Shown here piece after piece: positions 9,182 to 17,055 of a stretch of DNA of 64,000 bases. Position 1 is the stretch's first letter, and the number at the start of each line of letters is the position of its first letter. The position numbers and the translations under genes were made by a program. The stretch is from Lentisphaeria bacterium. Lineage in GTDB: Bacteria > Verrucomicrobiota > Lentisphaeria > JABSQK01 > JAWLHB01. The stretch covers positions 124,001-188,000 of the forward strand of contig JAWLHB010000010.1 of NCBI GenBank assembly GCA_041690595.1. The letters run 5' to 3'. The notes under the pieces were generated by a model. The model was given only the letters and a program-made list of their open reading frames with translations, was not told the origin of the DNA and made no database searches.

Positions 9182-10447
9182 GTGAACACCACTGCTCTGC
9201 GCCTTTACGGCAAATTCGATCTTCGGCTCGAGAATTTCCCACTTCCCGAGCCTGGCGATGACGAGATCCTCGCCGAAGTCGTTACCGACTCCATCTGCAT
9301 GTCCACCTACAAAGCGGCGAAGCAGGGGGAAGAGCACAAGCGTGTGCCCAACGACATTGCCACCAACCCCGTGCTGGTCGGCCATGAATTTGCGGGCCGC
9401 CTGCTGAAGGTCGGGAGCAAATGGGCAGGGCGTTACAAGGAAGGAGAGAAGTTCGGCATTCAGCCGGCGCTCCTCTACAAGGGGTCCCTCGATGCTCCCG
9501 GTTACTCCTTCCACCACATTGGCGGCGACGCCACCTATGTGCTCATTCCGTCCTGCGTGATGGAGATGGATTGCCTGCTGCCCTATGGTGGCGAAGCATT
9601 CTTCAAGGCTTCGCTGGCCGAACCGATGTCGTGTATCATCGGCGCCTGCCGCGCGCAGTTCCATGTCCCTCTGGGGACCTATGACCACGAGATGGGCATC
9701 AAGAAGGGAGGCAAGTGCGCGCTGCTGGCCTCTGCCGGCCCGATGGGGCTCGGCTGTGTCGACTACCTGATCAACGGACCTCGCCGCCCCAGCTTGCTGG
9801 TGGTTACGGATATCGATCAGGCGCGGCTGGATCGTGCCGCTTCGATTATCAGCCCTGCCGATGCGAAGAAGAACGGGGTAGACTTGATCTATCTCAACAC
9901 GCGCATCGACAATGCGGTGGATGCCTTGCGCGGGACGACGGACGGTACCGGTTTTGATGATGTATTCGTCTTCGCGCCAGTTTCGATGCTGGTGGAACAG
10001 GCGGATCGCATCCTTGGCCGTGACGGCTGCCTGAACTTTTTCGCGGGACCGACGGATCCGGAGTTCAGCGCGAAGCTCAACTTCTACAACGTGCACTACG
10101 AGGGCATTCACCTGGTGGGCACCAGCGGTGGAAATACCGAGGACATGCGGCAGGCGCTGGAACTGATGGCAAGCGGCCAGATCAACCCGGCGATGATGAT
10201 CACGCATGTAGGTGGTCTTACCGCGGCAAAGGATGCAACCATCAACCTGCCGAACATTCCCGGCGGCAAGAAGTTGCTCTATACCCACTTTGACTTCCCA
10301 CTCACGGCCATTGACGACTTTGCCGAGAAGGGAAAGAGCGATCCGTTCTTTGCTGGACTGGCCGAGATCTGCGGCCGCCACAACAACCTGTGGAATGAAG
10401 AGGCGGAAAGCTACGTGCTGGCGAACGGTCCCAAACTGGCTGGTTGA
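9182..10447 (+). CDS. Zn-dependent (MDR) dehydrogenase, L-sorbose-1-phosphate reductase (SorE)-like
   Basis: ALRLYGK.DLRLE, DSICMS, GHE, LAEPMSC, GPMG, FFAGP, GTSGG, IPGGKKL. GTG start with AAGGA upstream. Confidence 0.82.
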   Translation: MNTTALRLYGKFDLRLENFPLPEPGDDEILAEVVTDSICMSTYKAAKQGEEHKRVPNDIATNPVLVGHEFAGRLLKVGSKWAGRYKEGEKFGIQPALLYKGSLDAPGYSFHHIGGDATYVLIPSCVMEMDCLLPYGGEAFFKASLAEPMSCIIGACRAQFHVPLGTYDHEMGIKKGGKCALLASAGPMGLGCVDYLINGPRRPSLLVVTDIDQARLDRAASIISPADAKKNGVDLIYLNTRIDNAVDALRGTTDGTGFDDVFVFAPVSMLVEQADRILGRDGCLNFFAGPTDPEFSAKLNFYNVHYEGIHLVGTSGGNTEDMRQALELMASGQINPAMMITHVGGLTAAKDATINLPNIPGGKKLLYTHFDFPLTAIDDFAEKGKSDPFFAGLAEICGRHNNLWNEEAESYVLANGPKLAG

Positions 10448-11649
10448 GGGAGCGTCTCCGGAGGATACCCCACGTGATCGGCAAATGGATATGGCAGTTC
10501 ATAAAGGGGTATCCGCGCCTGCTGCGCCGATGCAGCTTTCTCTTGTTTCTGGAAGTGGCGATCCTCGTGGCAACGGGGATCGCCTTTATCCATGGGACCG
10601 GGCAGCAGACGGGCGGTCGCTTCGCCGGCATGTGGGTGAAGCAGATCGTCTGGATCCTGGTCGGTGGCACATCGCTGCTGGTGCTGCTGCGCATCGACTA
10701 TCGTAACCTCAGCCGCTACTGGCTGGCGCTGTACGGCGGGAGCCTGCTCCTTCTCGTGCTGGTGCTTGTAGCGGGCAATGAGATCAATGGCGCCAGGAGT
10801 TGGTTCCTGATCGGCCCCTTCTCGCTGCAGCCGTCGGAGACGGCCAAGATCGGACTGATGGTGGCGCTGGCTCACTATGCCTCGCGCCGTTCCATTCGAC
10901 TGGAGAATGTGACGCATACGATCCCGATCCTGATTCTCGCGGCGGTCCCGATCGGCCTGATAGCGCTTCAGCCGGACCTTGGCAGCGCGCTAACCATGTT
11001 TCCCGTGACGATGGCGATTCTGATCATTGGCGGCATCCAGAAGCGGTGGCTGATGTATGCGGGGATTGCCGCGCTGCTGGCCGCCTACCCTGCTTATACA
11101 CAACTGAGCCCGCATCAGCGCAATCGCCTGCTGACGTTCGTCAACCCGGAACGAGATCCCATGGATGCAGGGTGGAACGCCCATCAGTCTCTGCTGGCGG
11201 TTGGAAGCGGCGGCATGACTGGGAAGGGCTACATGCAGGGGACGCAGAACGCGCTCGGTTTCCTGCCGCGGACGGTTGCCCCGTCGGACTTTGTCTTCTC
11301 GGTCATCGCGGAGGAAACCGGCTTTCTGGGCAGTTGTCTGCTGATCCTGGTTTTCGGCGGGTTGATCTGCACGACCTTCTACATTGCGTCGAAGGCGGCA
11401 GATGCCTTCGGGAGGTACCTCGCCTGCATGATCGGCATATTGCTTTCGAGCCACATCTATGTTAATATAGGGATGACGATGGGGATGGCCCCGATCATCG
11501 GCATTCCCCTGCCCTTTGTCAGTTACGGCGGATCCTTCATGATCGTCATGTTGAGTTGCGTGGGGATTCTGCAGAGTATTCATGTGCGACGGCCGTCCGG
11601 TTGGGCTGGCAGCGCGACCTTCACATCAGAGGATTGGCATGCAAGATAA
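10444..11649 (+). CDS. rodA: Rod shape-determining SEDS protein RodA
   Basis: GARSW, LQPSETAK, QPDLGSA, AVGSGG..GKG, DFVFSVIAEETG, GIPLPFVSYGGS. Start is uncertain (TTG 10444 or GTG 10474). Confidence 0.88.
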   Translation: MRERLRRIPHVIGKWIWQFIKGYPRLLRRCSFLLFLEVAILVATGIAFIHGTGQQTGGRFAGMWVKQIVWILVGGTSLLVLLRIDYRNLSRYWLALYGGSLLLLVLVLVAGNEINGARSWFLIGPFSLQPSETAKIGLMVALAHYASRRSIRLENVTHTIPILILAAVPIGLIALQPDLGSALTMFPVTMAILIIGGIQKRWLMYAGIAALLAAYPAYTQLSPHQRNRLLTFVNPERDPMDAGWNAHQSLLAVGSGGMTGKGYMQGTQNALGFLPRTVAPSDFVFSVIAEETGFLGSCLLILVFGGLICTTFYIASKAADAFGRYLACMIGILLSSHIYVNIGMTMGMAPIIGIPLPFVSYGGSFMIVMLSCVGILQSIHVRRPSGWAGSATFTSEDWHAR

Positions 11650-12817
11650 GCCATCGGATTACTTGGCTGACACCATGCCGGAAGAAGAGCGGCTGGTCAA
11701 TCTTCGGGCGATCAGCACCGGTTTTCATTCTGCCTTGAGTTTCTTTCTCGGCCGGCTATCGAAGTATCATGAGTTGCTGGAACTGGAACTCGAGGACAGT
11801 CCCGGTGGGGAACGCTACCTGCAGGAGGCAAATATCTCTCTGGGCAAAGCATTGCGCTCCGTGGCGGCCTTCGCGAATGCGACACGGTACAGCGACCAGG
11901 AGATGGAGCCATTCGACCTGGCACTGGTGGTGAAAGGCATGGCAACGCGAATGGCTCGCTACGGGAATACGGAGTTCCTCCTGGATCTCGATGGGCTGCA
12001 CAATCAGGAGGCTTTCATCCGCGGCAAGCTCTTCCTTTTCCAGCAGGTCATATTCGACCTGCCTCGACTTCTGGAGCGTCGCGACGATGAAAGGACGCAG
12101 CTGAAGACTACGCTGCGCATTCAACGTTACGATGACACCTTCTTCCTCAACCGAAAGTCTTCACTCGGCGGGGGGGACTACTGTACGCTGACCATTGCGT
12201 TGCCGGAGACGATGCCGGCGCAGGAGGAGCTGGTTCATCTGAATGAATACCTGGTGGTGAACCCGCTGCTGGACATGAGCGAGCGGCTGATGTTCGTCTA
12301 TGGGGTGATCATGTCCCATGGCGGCGATCTGTTCACGCTCAAGAGCACGGGGGGCGCGCCGCTGAGCTGCCTCACCGTCCTTCTGCCGGCTCATCGCAAT
12401 AAGGTGGAGATGTATACCGAAGGAGAAGTGGAGGATAGCGATTTGCGGGGAAGCGAGACCATCCTGCTGGTGGATGACGAGGCGATCATCTGGGACGTGG
12501 TGATCGACATGCTTCAGGGGATGGGGTATACCGCGATTCTGGCGGCGGACGGGCGGGACTGCGTCGACATCTATCGCGAGAATCCAGGCGAGATCGACCT
12601 GGTTCTTCTGGATATGGTGATGCCCGAGATGAACGGCAAGGAAGCATTCTTCGAGTTGAAGAAGCTCGATCCAAACGTGCGCGTGCTGCTGCAGAGCGGC
12701 TATATCGAGGAAGACGATGCACGAGATGTGCTGGACGCCGGCGCACGAGGATTCCTGCGAAAGCCGTACCGGATGCGCGAACTTGCACGCCGCATTCGCG
12801 AAATCCTGGGAAATTGA
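11639..12817 (+). CDS. Receiver-domain protein with degenerate hybrid-histidine-kinase-like N-terminus
   Basis: C-terminal GSETILLVDDE...LVLLDMVMPEMNG...FLRKPY receiver. The N-terminal part shows eroded H, N and G boxes. Confidence 0.8.
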   Translation: MQDKPSDYLADTMPEEERLVNLRAISTGFHSALSFFLGRLSKYHELLELELEDSPGGERYLQEANISLGKALRSVAAFANATRYSDQEMEPFDLALVVKGMATRMARYGNTEFLLDLDGLHNQEAFIRGKLFLFQQVIFDLPRLLERRDDERTQLKTTLRIQRYDDTFFLNRKSSLGGGDYCTLTIALPETMPAQEELVHLNEYLVVNPLLDMSERLMFVYGVIMSHGGDLFTLKSTGGAPLSCLTVLLPAHRNKVEMYTEGEVEDSDLRGSETILLVDDEAIIWDVVIDMLQGMGYTAILAADGRDCVDIYRENPGEIDLVLLDMVMPEMNGKEAFFELKKLDPNVRVLLQSGYIEEDDARDVLDAGARGFLRKPYRMRELARRIREILGN

Positions 12818-12922
12818 GGGTATTTCGAGTGAAACAGGCTTGAAGTTCGGTGTAGTAACGGCATATTACTTTTTTGGCCCGCCAGCCACACCAACCAGAT
12901 TTCAGCAACCGGAGACGCCGAT

Positions 12923-13078
12923 ATGTCCATGCATCGCAGCCTGAAAGGCAGCAGCAAGATCGAAGTGAAGCGCAACGTACTCAAGCGTTACGAACGAGTT
13001 GACAAGCTGCTCGAACGTGGCCGCTGGAAAGCCGGCGAGAAGGTCTTCGGGCTGCCCAAGACCCGCGTTGACGACTGA
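12923..13078 (+). CDS. PVC superphylum small basic (signature) protein, 51 aa (not in ORF track)
   Basis: Translated by hand: MSMHRSLKGSSKIEVKRNVLKRYERVDKLLERGRWKAGEKVFGLPKTRVDD, matching the family pattern MS.H.SL...RNVLKR.ER....L...G.W......FGLPK. GGAG RBS upstream and terminator downstream. Confidence 0.9.
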   Translation: MSMHRSLKGSSKIEVKRNVLKRYERVDKLLERGRWKAGEKVFGLPKTRVDD

Positions 13079-13104
13079 CGCTTCGCCAATTTCGATGACC
13101 GTTG

Positions 13105-13140
13105 AAAGCCACGCTTCTCTCAGGAGAGCGTGGCTTTTTT
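13105..13140. terminator. Intrinsic, probably bidirectional, terminator
   Basis: AAAGCCACGC-TTCTCTCAGGAGA-GCGTGGCTTT-TTT between convergent genes. Confidence 0.85.
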
Positions 13141-13161
13141 CATGGACGAGCGGGAAGCGCT

Positions 13162-13863
13162 TCAGCCGCTGGCGCGGCGGTCGTCTCCGGCGTCATCGTC
13201 TTTGACGGCAAATCCGAGACTGGTGTTCTCGATCTCGGCCATCAGGGAATCGTAGCATTCGGGACAGAGGCCGTGCGTGAAGTCGGCGTCGGTGTGGTCG
13301 CGAATGTAGACTTCGACCTGGCTCCAGTATCCAGAATCGTCACGTATCTTTTTGCAGCTGCTGCAGATCGGCAAGAGGCCGCTGAGCGTCTTGATCTTGG
13401 TCAAGGCGTCCTGCAATTCAGAGATCAGGCGCTCGCGCTCCTCCTGAGCACGTTTTCGTTCAATGGCATAACGAATTGAGCGCTCCAGAAGCGGAGCGTC
13501 GATCTGCCCCTTGACCAGGTAATCGGCGGCGCCGGCGTGCATGGCATTGAGGTCGACTTCGCGATCGCCAAGGCCGGTCAGAATAATAATGGGCGCATCG
13601 CATCCGGCCTCGATGACCTGGCGCAGAAGGTCGAGTCCATTACCGTCGCCCAGATAGTAGTCGATCAGGTAGACATCGAAATCGGCGCGGGGAATGGTCG
13701 CGAGAGCGATATCATACTTGTTGATCCACTGAAGCTCGAAGCGGGTGCCATCACAGTCGATGAGAAGTTGCTTGGTGATGAAGTAATCGTCTTCATCGTC
13801 ATCAACAAGCAGGACACGGATCGCCTGGTCTTCGGGATTGTAGTTTCTGAGAGAATCAGCCAT
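13162..13863 (-). CDS. Response regulator with C-terminal Cys/His-rich putative Zn-binding domain
   Basis: Receiver (VLLVDDDEDD, YLIDYYL, IILTG, DYLVK), coiled coil, then LPICSSCKKIR...FTHGLCPEC. Confidence 0.88.
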   Translation of the reverse strand: MADSLRNYNPEDQAIRVLLVDDDEDDYFITKQLLIDCDGTRFELQWINKYDIALATIPRADFDVYLIDYYLGDGNGLDLLRQVIEAGCDAPIIILTGLGDREVDLNAMHAGAADYLVKGQIDAPLLERSIRYAIERKRAQEERERLISELQDALTKIKTLSGLLPICSSCKKIRDDSGYWSQVEVYIRDHTDADFTHGLCPECYDSLMAEIENTSLGFAVKDDDAGDDRRASG

Positions 13864-13906
13864 TGTGCACGTGAACTGGTCTATAGGGTGAGCGTGTGGT
13901 TGAATC

Positions 13907-14350
13907 CTAGTGGGGGGGCAGTTCGACGGTGTCCAGCCAGTATTGCCCAAGTAGCCGGACGGTGGTGACCAGCGATTCGAATGAGACCGGCTTGGTGATA
14001 TAGGAGTTTGCGCCCATATCGTAGGAACGGAAGATATCATCTTCGGACTTGCTGGTGGTAAGGACCACGATGGGTATGCGCCTGAGTCTCGGGTCGGTCT
14101 TGATCTCTCGTAGCGCTTCCCGCCCATCCTTCCGCGGCATGTTCAGATCCAGGAGGATGAGCCCCGGCAACTGCGCGGACGCATCCTGATGATGGCCGCG
14201 GCGGTGCAGGTGATCCATCAACTCCTCGCCGTCCTCAACATAGAGAAGCTCGGCGGTCAAACCGGATTCCTCAAGTGCTTCACGGATAAGAAGGCGGTCG
14301 TCCGGATCATCATCAGCCATCAAGATGGTTTTCCTCATGGAATCGTTCAT
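13907..14350 (-). CDS. Single-domain response regulator (Rcp1-like)
   Basis: ILMADDD, LILLDLNMPRKDG, IPIVVLTTS, GANSYITKP, YWL. GAGGG precedes the ATG. Confidence 0.9.
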   Translation of the reverse strand: MNDSMRKTILMADDDPDDRLLIREALEESGLTAELLYVEDGEELMDHLHRRGHHQDASAQLPGLILLDLNMPRKDGREALREIKTDPRLRRIPIVVLTTSKSEDDIFRSYDMGANSYITKPVSFESLVTTVRLLGQYWLDTVELPPH

Positions 14351-14448
14351 ACCCTCAAGCTGCCTCCCATCCATTCCACCGTTCGAACTATGCACGTGTC
14401 CTCTTTAGTATACTCCGCCATGCCGATTAGGTAAAACAATCCTGCAAC

Positions 14449-17049
14449 TTAAATGCGCTTCTCCTGCTCCGGCTGATCGATGGGCAGTGTCACGATGAAG
14501 GTGGTTCCCATGTCCGGAGCGCTGGTCGCGGTGATGGAGCCGTGGTGCCGCGTGGCGATTTTCCTGCAGACGGCGAGTCCGGTGCCAGTCCCCTCGTAAG
14601 CATCGCGGCCATGCAGCCGCTGAAAGACCTCGAAGATGCGGTCGAGGTACTTCTCGTCGAAGCCGATGCCATTGTCCTGAACCATGATGCGGCACATCTG
14701 GGTCATGGGCCCGGGGGTATCGTGGATGGTACTAAGCCGTTCGGAGACAGGTTCCGCGTAGACGCGGACGATCGGCGAAACGCCCTTTTTGCGGAATTTG
14801 AGCGCATTGCCGATGAGATTCTGGAAGAGCTGCCGCATCTGCATGGCGTCTGCCTCGATGGTCGGCAGCGGAGCAACATCCACCGTGCCCAGGGATTGCT
14901 CGATGCGCACTTCCAGGTCACCGAGAACTTCCTCGACGACAGCCTGGAGATCCACCGGCTTGAAGGGCTGACCCTTGGTGGTGACCCGGGAATAGGTGAG
15001 GAGATCGCGAATAAGAGCATCCATACGCATGGAGGCATTCTGCATGCGGTCGAGGTACATCTGGCCTTCCTCCCCCAGTTCGGTATGGTACTTCTTGCTG
15101 AGGCGATCTCCGAAGGCCTTGATCTTGCGAAGCGGTTCCTGGAGGTCATGAGAGGCAACAAAGGCAAAATCCTCCAGCTCCTTGTTGCTGCGCTTGAGTT
15201 CGTCGGCATAGGCATGGAGTTCAGCTTCGGCAAGCTTGCGGCTGGTGATGTCGTGAAAGATGAGCAGATGAGCGACTTCACCATCCCATTCGGTGCGGAT
15301 GAGGTTGATCTCGGCGACTCCGACCTGCTGCGCACCCTCAAAGACTGTCATCTCATTTCGCTCCTGCTCCATGACGGCGAAGCTGAAAACATTGCCGAGC
15401 AGTTCGTTCGATCGCTTTCGCAGCAGTTGCTGAGCGGCAGGATTGACGAAATGCACCCTACCCTCGCTGTCCGTCACGAGCATGGCGACATCGCAGTTCA
15501 TGATCAGATTCTCGAAGCTGCGCTGGCTGAGGAGCAGCTGCTGCTGCATGTGGCGTGCCTGGGTAATGTCTTCAGCAATACCGGCAACGCGACCGGAATA
15601 CTGGTCTTCGATCAGAATAGGAAAGGCGCGATCGCGGATCCATCGAACTTCGCCATCCTGTCGAACAATGCGGTATTCCTCGTCATAGGCCCCGCATGCC
15701 TGCCTTTCGAGGCGTGCTTCGCGGATGCGGTCGCGATCCTCGGCATGGATGCTCTGCTCCCACACCTCAGCGGATTCATAAATCCGCTCGCGGGAAAAGC
15801 CAAAGACATCATCGAAGGCGGGGCTGACATAGATCATCCGGCCATTCGCCGGTTCACTGAGCCAGAGAACCTGCTGCAGGTGATCGGTCAACTGCCGGAA
15901 CCTGGCTTCGCTTTCACGCAAGGCATCTTCGGCGGTCTTTCGCGCGGTCGTGTTCTTGGCGAAGAGATGAAAGCCGTCGAAGTTCATGCGCTTGTCATGG
16001 GCGGTGACAATAACGATCTCGAGGTAGCGAACCTCTTCGTCGGCGCTAGCGATACGGATCTCGAGGATCTGCATGGCTTCGTGTCGCGCGTGATTCATTG
16101 CTGCATCGAAGCGACTGTGTTCGGATTCGGCGATGACGTCTTTCCATGGCACATCCTTCAGCTCCGCGACCTGTCGGCCGAACATCTCGGCCAAGGCGGC
16201 GTTGGCAGCAATGAGCAGCCCTTCGGCGCTGAGTCGACCGATGCCCTCGACGGCATTCTCCATGGCTGCGCGCAGCTCACGGAGGGCATCGTTGGAATGC
16301 TCAAGCTCTCTGGCGCGGGCAACGAGGGCGGCGGTACGATCCTGAATCCGCTGTTCGAGGGAGGCATTCAGTGTGGAGAGGTTGCCCATGACCAGGCGGA
16401 TGCGGCGAATCATTGGATAAAAGACCAGGAGGGCGACAATGGCAAGGACCGCCATCGTCGAAAAGAAGTGCCAGAAATTGAGTTGTTCGACAAGGAAAAT
16501 TTTCGCGCTGTTTTCGTTGCGGTAGTAGTTGGAGTTGGCGGTCAGAGCATCCTGCAGCGCACCGACGGAGACGACCTGCTCGATCAGCTGATCCACACCG
16601 GATGTGGCTGGATCAACCGGCCCGCGAGCCAGTCTTACCAGCCCCGCCACATACTCGCGCACCCTCCGGTCGAGCTGGGACGGTGCATCGAAGTAAAGAG
16701 AACGGATGTGCGGGGAGGTGACGGGTGGTATATCCGCCTCGGGGTCACCCTCGATCAAAGTGCGATGGTTGATCTCGATCAACTGCGCTATGGGCAGCAG
16801 GCTGCTGGCGAGTTCGGAACGCTCCCGGCCGGAGGCGGTCTTCTGCATCTGTCGCCCAATGCCGGAGGCGCGGGAGACAAGCTCCAACTGGCGGGAATAG
16901 CGCTCTCCACGCGCAGCCAGTGCCTTGCTTTCGGCCACCTGGGTGCGGATCACCCAGAAATTGGAGATGGCGAGGAAGGCGAGCATGAGCAGCGCATAGA
17001 TGGAGCGGATGCTCAACGAACGCACGGTTTGATTTACCTGGGGATCCAT
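14449..17049 (-). CDS. Membrane-bound multi-PAS sensor histidine kinase
   Basis: Two TM segments flanking a periplasmic helical region, three PAS domains, H-box FVASHDLQEPLRKI, N-box NLIGNALKF, DNGIGF, GTGTGL. Confidence 0.93.
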   Translation of the reverse strand: MDPQVNQTVRSLSIRSIYALLMLAFLAISNFWVIRTQVAESKALAARGERYSRQLELVSRASGIGRQMQKTASGRERSELASSLLPIAQLIEINHRTLIEGDPEADIPPVTSPHIRSLYFDAPSQLDRRVREYVAGLVRLARGPVDPATSGVDQLIEQVVSVGALQDALTANSNYYRNENSAKIFLVEQLNFWHFFSTMAVLAIVALLVFYPMIRRIRLVMGNLSTLNASLEQRIQDRTAALVARARELEHSNDALRELRAAMENAVEGIGRLSAEGLLIAANAALAEMFGRQVAELKDVPWKDVIAESEHSRFDAAMNHARHEAMQILEIRIASADEEVRYLEIVIVTAHDKRMNFDGFHLFAKNTTARKTAEDALRESEARFRQLTDHLQQVLWLSEPANGRMIYVSPAFDDVFGFSRERIYESAEVWEQSIHAEDRDRIREARLERQACGAYDEEYRIVRQDGEVRWIRDRAFPILIEDQYSGRVAGIAEDITQARHMQQQLLLSQRSFENLIMNCDVAMLVTDSEGRVHFVNPAAQQLLRKRSNELLGNVFSFAVMEQERNEMTVFEGAQQVGVAEINLIRTEWDGEVAHLLIFHDITSRKLAEAELHAYADELKRSNKELEDFAFVASHDLQEPLRKIKAFGDRLSKKYHTELGEEGQMYLDRMQNASMRMDALIRDLLTYSRVTTKGQPFKPVDLQAVVEEVLGDLEVRIEQSLGTVDVAPLPTIEADAMQMRQLFQNLIGNALKFRKKGVSPIVRVYAEPVSERLSTIHDTPGPMTQMCRIMVQDNGIGFDEKYLDRIFEVFQRLHGRDAYEGTGTGLAVCRKIATRHHGSITATSAPDMGTTFIVTLPIDQPEQEKRI

Positions 17050-17055
17050 AGACTC

